A program made the translations under genes and the position numbers. From contig CAVWHO010000007.1 in NCBI GenBank assembly GCA_963754875.1, forward strand, positions 140,965 to 204,964: a DNA stretch of 64,000 bases. The letters are read 5' to 3'. Position 1 is the first letter of the stretch, and each line of letters opens with the position of its first letter. This DNA is from Nitrospirota bacterium (GTDB taxonomy: Bacteria > Nitrospirota > UBA9217). Positions 10,631 to 21,496 of the stretch are shown here, in pieces. The notes below the pieces were generated by a model that ran no database searches, was not told where the DNA came from, and saw only the letters and a list, made by a program, of their open reading frames with translations.

Positions 10631-10765
10631 GGAGCTCCTTTGTAAAAAAACAGGATGTCGAGGTTCATATTACCAAATTCGAGAGCCGGGAGTAAAGCCA
10701 AAATGTGACAATCTCGACGAAAATCCTGATGTAATCACAGGGGCACAGGGTCTCGACAGGGACGC

Positions 10766-11554
10766 TCAAAGGGCCTTCAACTTCCCCGTCACAAAAGTCC
10801 GGGCACGTTCGACGGCTTCCCGTATTTCACTGTTCGGCGGTAGCACCGCGGCCATCTTATCAACGTATCCCCGCTCCTGAGCCATTTGCAGCGATCTGAT
10901 GAAATTGAGGTCATAAAGCCAGGTGAGTTGGAGCAGTTTAAAATCGTTCAGGGTCTTGAGCTCCGATTTGGATGCCATCTTTCCCTGATGCAGGCAGGCA
11001 AGGACCGTCGGCGAATAGCCCGGTACATCCGGCAGGCCGAGCGCTACGGCCGTCGCCCTGCTTGCCCCGTCCTGTCCGTAATATTCTATGAACACTCGCC
11101 AGATATCAAGCTTGTCCGCATCCCGCACGATGTGGGCAAACAGCCGCGTCCTTTGGTCCAGCGTGTCGGGGAGTGAAAAAACGTTGTGCAGGGTAACTGC
11201 ATGGAGAATGAGGTTTTGTTCCTGTTCCGGCAGCGCCTGGAGCACGTCTTGTTCCAGCAGCACTTTTACGCCGAGTGCCGCATGGTTCGCCGAGACATCG
11301 TCGTCGAATGTCTTGTATTGCTGGTATTGCGGAAACCTTCCCACATCGTGGAACAGGGCAATCGCTTCGGCGAGAAGCATGTCCTGATTATTCAGCTGCA
11401 GGCTGCGGCCGATTCGCAAGGTATTCAGGCAAACATGGTAGGTATGGTCCTTCTTGACGGCAAAGTTCCGCTGGTCTTCCTCGACGTGCGTTGAAAAATG
11501 GACGCAGTAGTCAGCAAACCAGTCTTTTAATAGTATGAGGTCTTTTTGATTCAT
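10766..11554 (-). CDS. HD-domain phosphohydrolase
   Basis: 'KKDHT', 'LFHDVGR', 'RDADKLD'. Confidence 0.85.
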   Translation of the reverse strand: MNQKDLILLKDWFADYCVHFSTHVEEDQRNFAVKKDHTYHVCLNTLRIGRSLQLNNQDMLLAEAIALFHDVGRFPQYQQYKTFDDDVSANHAALGVKVLLEQDVLQALPEQEQNLILHAVTLHNVFSLPDTLDQRTRLFAHIVRDADKLDIWRVFIEYYGQDGASRATAVALGLPDVPGYSPTVLACLHQGKMASKSELKTLNDFKLLQLTWLYDLNFIRSLQMAQERGYVDKMAAVLPPNSEIREAVERARTFVTGKLKAL

Positions 11555-11760
11555 TGGTGCCTGTCCCTGCAAATTTGTGATTTTACTGCAATGACACGCA
11601 CGAGTCAATAGCGGCATGGCTGTTTTTTTGATTTTTTTACCGATTGTATGCTAAATTTATCTACATTCCGTTCATATCTTTGTCTTTCTTGCCCCGGTTC
11701 TCATCATCCCGGACCGGCTTGCAAACACGAGAACACATTTTTGGAAAAGGAGCTTCGATT

Positions 11761-12120
11761 ATGTTCGTCCGCGAATTACGTGACTGCGAAGAATTCATTG
11801 CCGGCGATAACTGCGCCTTGCGCGAGATCCTCCATCCCGACAAGGCCGACCTCGCCTTGAGGTACAGCCTCGCCCATGCGGTCGTGAAGCCGGGAGCTAC
11901 AACCTGGGAACACCGGCTGAAAACGTCGGAAGTCTACTATATAGTAGAAGGCGAAGGCACCATGCATATCAACGACGAATCCGCGCCCGTCCTGCCCGGC
12001 TCGACCGTGTATATCCCGCCCCTGGCAAAGCAATGCATTACGAATTCCGGAAAAACAGACCTCAAGTTCATCTGTATCGTGGATCCGGCGTGGCGCAAAG
12101 AGGATGAAGAGGTGCTATGA
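11761..12120 (+). CDS. Cupin domain protein
   Basis: SD AAGGAG; 'H....SEVYYIVEGEG', 'PGSTVYIPP'. Confidence 0.85.
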   Translation: MFVRELRDCEEFIAGDNCALREILHPDKADLALRYSLAHAVVKPGATTWEHRLKTSEVYYIVEGEGTMHINDESAPVLPGSTVYIPPLAKQCITNSGKTDLKFICIVDPAWRKEDEEVL

Positions 12121-12148
12121 TATACAAACGAAGTATGTCGAGGGTTCC

Positions 12149-13150
12149 ATGCCAATCATCGAAAAATCCGGTTACCAAGCGCCGTTCCTCCTGCGCAACG
12201 GGCACCTGCAAACCGTTGTTCCAGCCCTGATACGCAAACTCGGCACTCAGTTTTATCAACGGGAGCGCATCGATACTCCGGACGATGATTTTCTCGACAT
12301 CGACTGGTCGAAAGTGGGCAGCGAAAGGATCGCCATTCTTTCCCATGGTCTCGAAGGCAGTTCTCATCGCCATTATATTGTCGGGATGGCAACGATGCTG
12401 AACCGGCATGGCTGGGATGCCTTGGCCTGGAATTACCGCGGGTGTTCCGGTGAAACAAATCGCCGGCTTCGCATGTATCACAACGGTTCCATTGACGATC
12501 TGGATTGCGTTGTCCGGCATGTGCTCAAATCCGGCGCGTATCGGACAATCGCTTTGATCGGGTTCAGTCTCGGAGGAAATCTATCGCTGGTCTATTTAGG
12601 CCGCAATGCTGATGTGCTCGACAGCCGAATCCGGACAGCCGCTGTTTTCTCCGTGCCCTGCGATCTCCGCGCAAGTGCATTAGAACTTGCGAAGCTGAAG
12701 AATAAATTTTATATGACCGATTTTTTAGTGACGCTCCATGCGAAGATCAAGGCAAAAATGAAAATTTTACCGGGCCAGATCAATGACGACCATTTTCATC
12801 GCATCAAAAATTTTAAGGATTTCGACAACCGGTATACCGCGCCGATTCATGGTTTTAAAGATGCGGAAGATTACTGGCGCAAATGCAGCTGCGGTCAATT
12901 CATCCCGCATATTAAAATCCCCACCTTGATCGTCAACGCACTCGATGACCCTTTTCTCGCAGCTGGTTGTTACCCGGTCCGGGAAACACAAAACCATAAA
13001 CATGTCTACCTGGAAATGCCCGGCTCCGGCGGACATGTCGGCTTCATACAATTTAATAATGACAAGAGTTACTGGTCGGAACGACGGGCGCATGGAATTC
13101 CTGCAGCAGAACTGAAGCATGATCGGCCTCTTCAGAGGAGAATGCAATGA
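12149..13150 (+). CDS. Alpha/beta hydrolase, YheT family (probable +1 error near 13090; true stop likely 13115)
   Basis: 'NGHLQT', 'HGLEGSS', 'GFSLGG', 'NALDDPF', 'GGHVGF'. Confidence 0.88.
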   Translation: MPIIEKSGYQAPFLLRNGHLQTVVPALIRKLGTQFYQRERIDTPDDDFLDIDWSKVGSERIAILSHGLEGSSHRHYIVGMATMLNRHGWDALAWNYRGCSGETNRRLRMYHNGSIDDLDCVVRHVLKSGAYRTIALIGFSLGGNLSLVYLGRNADVLDSRIRTAAVFSVPCDLRASALELAKLKNKFYMTDFLVTLHAKIKAKMKILPGQINDDHFHRIKNFKDFDNRYTAPIHGFKDAEDYWRKCSCGQFIPHIKIPTLIVNALDDPFLAAGCYPVRETQNHKHVYLEMPGSGGHVGFIQFNNDKSYWSERRAHGIPAAELKHDRPLQRRMQ

Positions 13151-13734
13151 ACGTATCAGTCATCCTGGGCCACCCGCACAACGAGAGCTTTAATCATGCA
13201 ATTGCGAAAGCTGTTGTCGCAGCGCTCCGGGAAAAAGACCACCAGATCATGTTCCACGACCTTTATGCCGAACACTTCGAAGCCGCGCTGAGTGCTGCCG
13301 AAATCCCCAAAAACGCTTTGCTCGATGTTGCCGTTCAAAGGCATTGCGATGAAATTGCCACAGCCGACGGCATCATTATCATCCACCCGAACTGGTGGGG
13401 CCAGCCGCCGGCAATCCTGAAAGGCTGGATCGACCGGGTGATCCGTCCGGGCGTGGCCTATGAATTCATCGAGGGAGACAGCGGCGAAGGCGAGCCCCGG
13501 GGGCTGCTCATGGCTAAAACAGCGCTCGTGTTCAACACGTCGAATACCGGGGCCGAACGGGAGAGGGATGTATTCGGCGACCCCCTCGAAACGATCTGGA
13601 AGAACTGCATCTTCGGTCTTTGCGGCGTTCATAATTTCTATCGCAAGACATTCGGCATTATTGTCACCAGCACGCCGCAGCAAAAAGAAGAATGGCTGCA
13701 AGAGGTAAGGGACGTTGTCACCAGATATTTTTAA
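13147..13734 (+). CDS. Flavodoxin-like NAD(P)H dehydrogenase (quinone)
   Basis: 'GHP...SFN', 'P.WWGQPPAILKGWIDRV'. Confidence 0.9.
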   Translation: MNVSVILGHPHNESFNHAIAKAVVAALREKDHQIMFHDLYAEHFEAALSAAEIPKNALLDVAVQRHCDEIATADGIIIIHPNWWGQPPAILKGWIDRVIRPGVAYEFIEGDSGEGEPRGLLMAKTALVFNTSNTGAERERDVFGDPLETIWKNCIFGLCGVHNFYRKTFGIIVTSTPQQKEEWLQEVRDVVTRYF

Positions 13735-13756
13735 AGAGAGAAAAAGGACCCATTAC

Positions 13757-14500
13757 ATGGAAAACAGGGCCGACACCAAAACAAAACATTTTAGCGGTTT
13801 TTCAGAAAAATCATCGACCTTCCTGAAGCAGCTCAAGAAGAACAACGATAAGCTCTGGTTCGATGCACACAAGCAGGAATTCGAGCAGTATCTCCTCCAA
13901 CCCCTGCAGGCCCTTGTCTCGGACCTTGGTGAATCCATGCTCGCCATCGACCCCTTGCTGGAAGTACGACCGGCAACGAACAAGACCATCTCGCGAATTT
14001 ACCGTGACACGCGCTTTTCCAAAGACAAATCGCCGTACAAGACCACTATGTGGCTCACCTTCAAGAGGCCGGGTGAAAACTGGCAGGACGGCCCTGCGTA
14101 TTTCTTTGAGATCGGCGTTGACCTTTATCGGTACGGCATGGGCTTTTACCAGGCATCGAAGGAGACCATGGACAACTTCCGGGAACTCATTGATACGAAA
14201 CCGAAGGAGTTTCAAAAGGCGATCGCATTCTACGCACGGCAAAAAGACTTCGTAGTAGAAGGCGAGCAATATAAGCGGGTCCTGGATGCAGACAAGCCGG
14301 AAGCTTTGCAAGTCTGGTATCAGCGGAAGAGTTTGTACCTCGTCTGCAGCCGGAAAACCGATAAGGCACTCTTCAGCAAGAAGTTGGTCAACGACCTGAA
14401 GACCGGCTATGCGCTCCTTGCGCCTCTGTATTATTTATTCTGGAAGGCAGCGCTTCTGACCAGGGAAAAGGAAACTCATCGGAAACAGTTTTTTTACTAG
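13757..14500 (+). CDS. DUF2461 family protein
   Basis: 'NNDKLWF', 'RIYRDTRFSKDKSPYK'. Confidence 0.88.
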   Translation: MENRADTKTKHFSGFSEKSSTFLKQLKKNNDKLWFDAHKQEFEQYLLQPLQALVSDLGESMLAIDPLLEVRPATNKTISRIYRDTRFSKDKSPYKTTMWLTFKRPGENWQDGPAYFFEIGVDLYRYGMGFYQASKETMDNFRELIDTKPKEFQKAIAFYARQKDFVVEGEQYKRVLDADKPEALQVWYQRKSLYLVCSRKTDKALFSKKLVNDLKTGYALLAPLYYLFWKAALLTREKETHRKQFFY

Positions 14501-14543
14501 CATGTCGAAGTACCCTTTCGGGTCGTACACAGGAGGAGGGCTG

Positions 14544-14828
14544 ATGAGGAAACAGGCGTCCCGCCTAACAAGACTTCGCAACCCGATGCCCGCGTTAGTT
14601 CGGAAAGCGCTCATGGAGCGCGGCCTTATGGAAGCCTATCGCGATCGTCCGCCCTATCAGAAAAACGATTACCTCGGCTGGATCATTCGCGCGAAGCTTG
14701 AACAAACCCGGCAAAAGCGGCTTGGCCAGATGCTTGATGAACTTGCTCGACGCGATCGCTACATGAAGATGGTTTATCGAATGAGCCCTGACAAGGCAAA
14801 TAGGAAAAAAGCAAGCCCACGTCTTTAA
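14544..14828 (+). CDS. YdeI/OmpD-associated family protein
   Basis: 'RPPYQKNDYLGWI.RAK..TR.KRL.QML.EL'; SD GGAGGAGG. Confidence 0.8.
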   Translation: MRKQASRLTRLRNPMPALVRKALMERGLMEAYRDRPPYQKNDYLGWIIRAKLEQTRQKRLGQMLDELARRDRYMKMVYRMSPDKANRKKASPRL

Positions 14829-15079
14829 CACTGATAAAGACGGATTAAACTTCATGGAAAAAACATGGTTCTGCATAATTAATCAGTATTCACAAAGTAA
14901 ATTTTGGGCCCATTTCAGGTAGAATTTGCTGGTAAACCACTAAAGTACGACCAAGTTCAGCCCGACCTTTCCGAACATTTCGCACATCCTTCCTTCAAAA
15001 ACCATTTGCCATAAAGCCCTTCTTGCGTTATTATATGAAGTTCTATTTTTGCATCCCATCTCACAGTAAAGGTTAAAGA

Positions 15080-16945
15080 ATGCTCCAGGTCACAAACATC
15101 GAAAAATCCTACGGAAAGCAGGTGCTCTTCGACGGCGTCGGCTTTACCGTTAACCCGCGCGAACGCGTGGGGCTCGTAGGCAGGAACGGCCACGGCAAGT
15201 CCACGCTTTTCCGCATGATCCTGGGTGAAGAACACCAGGACGCAGGCACGATCACCGTGCCTTCGGGGTACACCATCGGCCATTTGTCCCAGCACATCCA
15301 TTTTACCGAGGATGCGGTGATCAAAGAGGCGTGTCTCGCCTTGCCAACAAACGAAGACCATATCGACGAGACGTACAAAGCCGAGGCCATCCTGCACGGT
15401 CTCGGGTTCACGAATGCGGACTTCGACCGCCATCCCTCGTCGCTTTCCGGCGGCTACCAGGTCCGCCTGAACCTGGCCAAGGTGCTGGTGTCCGAACCGA
15501 ACCTCCTGCTTTTGGACGAACCCACGAACTACCTCGACATCGTGTCGGTCCGCTGGCTCACGCAGTTCCTGCGCGCTTGGCGGAACGAAATGATCATCAT
15601 CACTCACGACCGGGACTTCATGGACAGCGTCACGACCCACACCATGATCATCCATCGCTGCAAGATGCGGAAGGTTTCGGGCGGCACGCAGAAGCTCTAC
15701 GACCAGATCCTCCTTGAAGAGGAGATTTACGAAAAAACGCGCCAGAACGACGAAAAAAAACGCAAGGAAGTCGAGCAGTTCATCAACCGTTTCCGCGCCC
15801 AGGCGACCAAGGCCAGCGCGGTCCAGTCCCGCGTCAAGGCGCTTGCTCGGCACGAGAAGCTCGACAAGCTTGAAGAGATCAGATCGCTCGACTTCAAGTT
15901 CCGGTCGGCTCCCTTCGAGGCCAAGTGGCTCATGACCGTGGAAGACCTGTCCTTTGGCTTCTCCCAGGACGGTCCGAAGTTGATCGACGGGGTTTCCTTT
16001 GCGGTCAGCAAAAAGGACCGCATAGCCGTAATCGGAAAGAACGGCAAAGGCAAGACCACGCTCTTAAATCTCCTGGCAAAGGAGCTGTCTCAGACCTCGG
16101 GCGACGTGAAGACCCACCCGAACACGAAAATCGCCTATTTCGGCCAGACCAACATCAACCGGCTACGTCCGGCAAAGACCGCGCTCCAGGAGGTCATGGA
16201 GTCGCATCCCGACTGCGGCCAGGGCGAGGCCCGGGCGATCTGCGGGCTCATGATGTTCGAGGGCGACAACGCGCTCAAGAAGGTGAGCGTGCTCTCGGGC
16301 GGCGAGAAGAGCCGCGTGCTTTTGGGCAAGCTCCTGGTTTCGCCTGCCAATCTCCTGATGCTCGACGAGCCCACGAACCACCTGGACATGGAGTCCATCG
16401 ACTCGCTGATCGAGGCGATCGAGGCCTTTGACGGCGCAGTCATCATCGTGACCCACAGCGAGCTGATCCTCGAAGCCCTGGCAACCAAGCTGATCGTCTA
16501 CGACAACGACAGCGTATCGGTCTTCGAAGGGACTTACCTTGACTTCCTCGAACGGGTCGGATGGAGCGACGAAGGCGGCGTCCGGGTCAAGAAGGGGAAA
16601 AAGCAGGAAGCCCAAAGAAACGTCAACCGGAAAGACTCGAAGAAGCAGCGCGCCGCCATCGTCTCGGACAAGTCAAAGATCCTGAGCTCGCTCAAAACAA
16701 GGATCGCATCCCTTGAAGCGGAAATTACCAAGCTCGAGCAGGGCGTGGAACAGACGACCCAGGAGCTGCTCGAAGCGTCGGTCAAGGGCAAGGCCCTGGA
16801 GATCAAGAATCTGTCCCAATCCGTCAGCGACGCAAAAGCGAGGATCGAGAAGCTTTTTGCGGAGCTCGAGACCGTGACCGCTGAGCATGACGCCAAGGCG
16901 CAGGAATTCGACCAGCAGCTGAACGAGCTGGCGCAGATATCGTAG
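15080..16945 (+). CDS. ABC-F family ATPase (YheS/Uup-like)
   Basis: Two ABC cassettes (GRNGHGKS/GKNGKGKT, LSGG, LDEPTN), no TM segments, C-terminal coiled coil. Confidence 0.92.
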   Translation: MLQVTNIEKSYGKQVLFDGVGFTVNPRERVGLVGRNGHGKSTLFRMILGEEHQDAGTITVPSGYTIGHLSQHIHFTEDAVIKEACLALPTNEDHIDETYKAEAILHGLGFTNADFDRHPSSLSGGYQVRLNLAKVLVSEPNLLLLDEPTNYLDIVSVRWLTQFLRAWRNEMIIITHDRDFMDSVTTHTMIIHRCKMRKVSGGTQKLYDQILLEEEIYEKTRQNDEKKRKEVEQFINRFRAQATKASAVQSRVKALARHEKLDKLEEIRSLDFKFRSAPFEAKWLMTVEDLSFGFSQDGPKLIDGVSFAVSKKDRIAVIGKNGKGKTTLLNLLAKELSQTSGDVKTHPNTKIAYFGQTNINRLRPAKTALQEVMESHPDCGQGEARAICGLMMFEGDNALKKVSVLSGGEKSRVLLGKLLVSPANLLMLDEPTNHLDMESIDSLIEAIEAFDGAVIIVTHSELILEALATKLIVYDNDSVSVFEGTYLDFLERVGWSDEGGVRVKKGKKQEAQRNVNRKDSKKQRAAIVSDKSKILSSLKTRIASLEAEITKLEQGVEQTTQELLEASVKGKALEIKNLSQSVSDAKARIEKLFAELETVTAEHDAKAQEFDQQLNELAQIS

Positions 16946-16997
16946 GTCTATTTTAGAAAAGGGCAGCCCGGCCATACTTTAATATGAGGATCAATGC

Positions 16998-18992
16998 ATG
17001 AAAAAGTTTAACCGTTTTCTCCTCCATTTTATGAAAGACGCCAAACTGTGGCTGTCTTTCATGCTCTATCTCTCCTTGTTCAGGATTTCGTTCATCTTCT
17101 ATTTCCGGGACAAGATGCAGCCGAACACCGGCTACTCGGATATTGTTCTTTCCGTGTTGAACGGCATCCGGTTTGACTCCATGGCATCGATCTGCTGGTT
17201 TGCCATCCCCTTTTTGGCGAGCATAGTGCTGATATTTTTCGATGCCGATCGCATCATCAACCGAATTCGCACGGTCACCGGCGTCGCGTTCATGGTTGTC
17301 ACGACGATCGCCTGGGTCGTGACGTTCGGCTATTTTAAGGAGTACAACGAGCAGTTCAACTACATGCTCTTCAACCTGTACTACGACGATACGTCGGCGA
17401 TCTTTAAGACGATCTGGGCGGACTATCACCCCCTGGTCTATTTTCTCATTATGGGCGCCGCTGCGGCGTTCGCAATTTTCCTCCAGAAAAGGTTCGTGCA
17501 GAGGCACTTCATATCACCGGACAAGGTAGCGGCACGCCGGTTTACGCCCCTCTCCGGCATTGTAACTGTTGTGGTCATCCTGGCCCTCGTTGTCACAGCA
17601 GCGCGGGGTTCCGTCGGAGCGCGTCCGGCCCAGCGCAAGGATGAGGCCGTGGCCAGAGATACGTTCCTGAACAAGTCCGTCGAGAACCCCTACTTTGCCC
17701 TCCTCTATACCGTGCAGGACCACATCGAGGCAGCGGGCTTTGCGGGATTGGAAAATTATATTCCCGACGGCAATGTTCGTAAAGCCGCGCAGGAACTGTT
17801 CCACAACGACCAGTCCTATGATAATCTCGACGCTTATCTGGTCAAGCACGCCCGGGGGCCCAAGGGCGTTCCGCCGCGCCACATTTTTCTCGTGGTCATG
17901 GAAAGCTACGATGAGTGGCCGCTGCTCCCGAAGTACGCGTCCCTCGGCGTAACGAACAACCTGAAGGCGCTGGCACAGAAGGGCCTCTATTTCAACGCCT
18001 TCCTGCCTGCATCGGACAGCACCATGCAGTCGCTCGGCGCGATCATTACCGATCTTCCCTATTCCCTCGTCGAAGCCAATTATCAGGTCACGTCGCGCAA
18101 GACGTATCCTTCATCCATTGCGGAAACCTTCAAACGCCTCGGCTACCGGACACGCCTGTTTTACGGCGGCTATCTGAGTTGGCAGCGGTTCGGCGATTTT
18201 GCCCGTGACCAGGGGTTCGAGGAGATCTACGGCGCTCCGCATATGTGGAAACCGGGAGCAGTAATCCATGAGTGGGGCGTGGACGACGAGTATCTTGTCG
18301 ACTTTATCGTGAACAAGGTAAATGACGACAAACCGAGCTTCAACCTCATCATGACGACAAGTTACCATCCTCCCTACAATGTCGACGTGTACGGAAAGGG
18401 CTTCCCGTTAAAAGAGGTGCCCGCCGACATCAAACCGTTCTTCGACGGCAGCGTGAGCCTCGATGCGGGAGGCGTGAGCCTTAAGATGCTCGGCCACTTG
18501 TGGTACGCTGACAAATGTATCGGCGACCTCGTGAAAAGGGCCGGGGCGAAACTTTCTCGACCTCTTTTCGCGTTCACCGGCGATCATTTCGGTCGTAAGT
18601 TCATCAATGAACGGCCCGATTTCTTTGAAAGCTCCGCCGTCCCTTTCATCCTGTACGGCCCGGAAGTCCTTCGGGGCGTAAAGATTCCCCAGGGCGCCGT
18701 CGGTTCGCACACTGACATTTCCCCAACACTCGTAGAGCTTGCCGCACCGAAGGGATTCGAGTACTATTCCGTGGGGCAGGACCTGCTCGCGCCCAGGAAA
18801 GAATTTCTAGGCATCGGCAATGCCAAGGTCATCGGCAAGGACTTCATCTTCGATGCCAGGGACTCTCACTTGTACCCGCTCCCCGGCAAGGAGCTTCCGA
18901 AACAGCTTCCTGATGTGAACGAGCTGCTGACGACCTACAATCGAGCGCACGGGATCGCATGGTGGCGGGAGAGGCGGGGTGAAAAGCTGTAA
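16998..18992 (+). CDS. LTA synthase/sulfatase family membrane protein
   Basis: N-terminal TM bundle; 'VVMES', 'TTSYHPPY', 'TGDH'. Confidence 0.85.
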   Translation: MKKFNRFLLHFMKDAKLWLSFMLYLSLFRISFIFYFRDKMQPNTGYSDIVLSVLNGIRFDSMASICWFAIPFLASIVLIFFDADRIINRIRTVTGVAFMVVTTIAWVVTFGYFKEYNEQFNYMLFNLYYDDTSAIFKTIWADYHPLVYFLIMGAAAAFAIFLQKRFVQRHFISPDKVAARRFTPLSGIVTVVVILALVVTAARGSVGARPAQRKDEAVARDTFLNKSVENPYFALLYTVQDHIEAAGFAGLENYIPDGNVRKAAQELFHNDQSYDNLDAYLVKHARGPKGVPPRHIFLVVMESYDEWPLLPKYASLGVTNNLKALAQKGLYFNAFLPASDSTMQSLGAIITDLPYSLVEANYQVTSRKTYPSSIAETFKRLGYRTRLFYGGYLSWQRFGDFARDQGFEEIYGAPHMWKPGAVIHEWGVDDEYLVDFIVNKVNDDKPSFNLIMTTSYHPPYNVDVYGKGFPLKEVPADIKPFFDGSVSLDAGGVSLKMLGHLWYADKCIGDLVKRAGAKLSRPLFAFTGDHFGRKFINERPDFFESSAVPFILYGPEVLRGVKIPQGAVGSHTDISPTLVELAAPKGFEYYSVGQDLLAPRKEFLGIGNAKVIGKDFIFDARDSHLYPLPGKELPKQLPDVNELLTTYNRAHGIAWWRERRGEKL

Positions 18993-19019
18993 TTTTTTTC
19001 AGGCTGAAAACGGATGGTG

Positions 19020-19053
19020 AAAAGCCCCGGACCTGTGGTCCGGGGCTTTTTTT
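19020..19053. terminator. Bidirectional intrinsic terminator between convergent genes
   Basis: AAAAGCCCCGGACC-tgt-GGTCCGGGGCTTTTTTT. Confidence 0.85.
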
Positions 19054-19065
19054 GAGGTGGCTTCG

Positions 19066-19596
19066 TTATTTCAGGGAGGAAAGCTGCTGGATCGTCCGCC
19101 TAATGGCGTCCGCATCAGGCGCGTCGGGCATAAGCTCAAGATATTTCTGAAACTCCTTGATCCCCTCTTTGCTCTTGTGCAGATCGCTCGATAGAACCAC
19201 GGCGAGGTTGCGGTGGCCGTTCGGAAAGTTCGGATCGATCTTAAGCGCCTTCCGGTACTCCTCGACCGCCTTGTCGAACTTGCCCGTCCCTCGGAAGCAG
19301 GTCCCCATATCCACCCGCACGCTCACATTTTTGGGATCAAGGGCAAGCGCCTTCTGATACGCCTCGATGGCCTCGCTGTAGCGCTGGGTGTCCATCAGCG
19401 CATTCCCGAGATTGATCCAGACATCTTTGCTCTTGGGTGACATCTTCGCCGCCTGCTCGAATTGGCTTATCTCCAGGGGCGAAGGCCCGGCCGGCGGTAT
19501 ATAGGACATCTGGCTTTTTTCTTCCTTCTTCTGCTGGCATCCCAGGACGCTGAACAGCAAAACCAGTACGGTCATGATGCTTGTGATGTTCTTCAT
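19066..19596 (-). CDS. TPR lipoprotein
   Basis: SD AGGAGG, lipobox VLGC, canonical TPR repeats. Confidence 0.85.
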   Translation of the reverse strand: MKNITSIMTVLVLLFSVLGCQQKKEEKSQMSYIPPAGPSPLEISQFEQAAKMSPKSKDVWINLGNALMDTQRYSEAIEAYQKALALDPKNVSVRVDMGTCFRGTGKFDKAVEEYRKALKIDPNFPNGHRNLAVVLSSDLHKSKEGIKEFQKYLELMPDAPDADAIRRTIQQLSSLK

Positions 19597-19683
19597 GGTT
19601 CCTCCTGTGATAATGGGGAGCTCAATCGGCCTTTGAAACTCCACAACACTTCTTTCCGGCGCGTCAAACTGTTTCGTTCCCTG

Positions 19684-20001
19684 TCACTCTTTCACGAACG
19701 AGCAGCAATAGTCCGTCAGCTTCTTTACTTTCAATTTGAACTTTGAGTTCGCCGCGGCCTCGAAAGACTGTCCGCCCTTGATGGGCCTCCATGCGGTCTC
19801 TCCGGGCAGAAGCACGTCGAGCTCACCGGACAGTATTTCCATGAGTTCCTTGTCCGCGGTTCCGAACTCGAACTCTCCCGGCAGCATCACGCCGAGAGTC
19901 TTCTTGGCCCCGTCAGGGAACAGTACGGTCCTGCTTGTCACTTTTCCCTCAAAATAAACGTTCGCCTCACGTACAACCGTGACTCCCTTGAATTCGGACA
20001 T
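19684..20001 (-). CDS. ppnP: Pyrimidine/purine nucleoside phosphorylase
   Basis: '[12 protein letters not shown]', '[12 protein letters not shown]...E.MEI'. Confidence 0.9.
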   Translation of the reverse strand: MSEFKGVTVVREANVYFEGKVTSRTVLFPDGAKKTLGVMLPGEFEFGTADKELMEILSGELDVLLPGETAWRPIKGGQSFEAAANSKFKLKVKKLTDYCCSFVKE

Positions 20002-20313
20002 CGTACACCCCTTTCCTGATATGGCAGTATGCGGCTCTTCCGGCCGGATACCGGGACATCTGCACCGTCTTTTTTACACTGTATGGCGGGACAATGTCAA
20101 TGACAAAAAAACAACTCGCTCGTGTTCAAGAGCTGTTTATTTCTTCTCCTCCTATCGGTACGCGGTCGGTTTCTCTGCACATGCTGGCAATCTTTATTGT
20201 CCTGTCCTTGACAACGCTATACGCAGGAACTAAATTTTAAGAAAGAAGTTTGAGCCCGGTCTTTTTTTGTCTGCAAAATATTAATCAGAAATCATAACAA
20301 AGTATCACAGGGA

Positions 20314-21349
20314 ATGGCCATCATGAGACTACTTTTCGTCGGCGATGTTATGCTCGGAAGGCTGGTAAATGAAACGCTGAAGAGTATGCCGCCTACGTAT
20401 CCCTGGGGCAACACCCTTCCCGTGTTCAAAGCAAGCGACCTGCGCATCGGCAATCTCGAGTGCGTGCTCTCGGACCGCGGCGTACCCTGGGGCCGGACCC
20501 CAAAGACCTTCCATTTCAGGACCGATGCGAAAAACGGGGAGTGTCTGAAAGCAGCCGGCTTCAATTTTCTGTCCCTTGCGAACAACCACGCTCTTGATTA
20601 TGAGTATGAGGCCCTTCTTGACATGCTCGCTCACCTGGACAAGGCAGAGGTCAGTTATGCGGGCGCCGGGGCCGATGCTATCCAGGCCTCTCGGCCCGCG
20701 CTGCTCAGTGCAGGCGGGACCACCATCGCGTTTATCGCGTTTACCGACAACGAGCCGGATTGGGAGGCCACAGATCAGCGGCCCGGCATTTACTTCGTCC
20801 CCCTTGACCGGACCGATGAACGGGCACTGCATCTTTTTGACATGATCAGGAAGACGAAGAGCACGGCTGACCTCGTGATCGTGTCAGCGCACTGGGGATC
20901 GAACTGGGGATACCAGCCGGAGCCCGGCCACGTTCCCTTTGCGCGAAGGCTCATTGACAGCGGAGCGGACATCGTGCTCGGCCACTCGTGCCATGTTTTT
21001 CGCGGCATAGAAATCTACAAAGAGCGGTTGATCCTGTACAGCACCGGCGATTTCGTGGACGACTATGCGGTTGACGAGATCGAGAGGAATGATGAATCAT
21101 TCATCTTCGTCGTCGAGACCGACGAGCGACCGCATCACCGCACTCACGCTCCATCCCACGGTGATCAGCCACATGCAGGCGCGGCTCGCGAGCCCCCGCG
21201 ATGCCGTTGTTATTGCGCGCAGGATGCAGCAACTGTGCGATGGGCTGGGAACGCAGTCGCGATGGAATGAAGAGAAGCGATGTTTGGAAATTTTAATGAA
21301 GGAGGAGGAGAATCAATCGAGTAATGAAGCTCAAAGTGACCACAGATGA
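20314..21349 (+). CDS. CapA/PGA_cap family metallophosphoesterase; +1 frameshift near 21127
   Basis: 'GDVMLGR', 'GNLE', 'ANNH..DY', 'HWG', 'GH..H', 'YSTGDF'. C-terminus continues in ORF 21065..21349. Confidence 0.85.
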
Positions 21350-21496
21350 CCTCGGCAAAAATCAAAAAAAGAAGCATCACTCAAAGCGTGATTGAAATAT
21401 CCTGTTGATGCGTTCCAATCCACGGCCAACACTCGTTCGAGATCAATGCTTTTTCCCAAGTTGCACCGTGTTCATCCGTGGTTACCTGAATTTGCC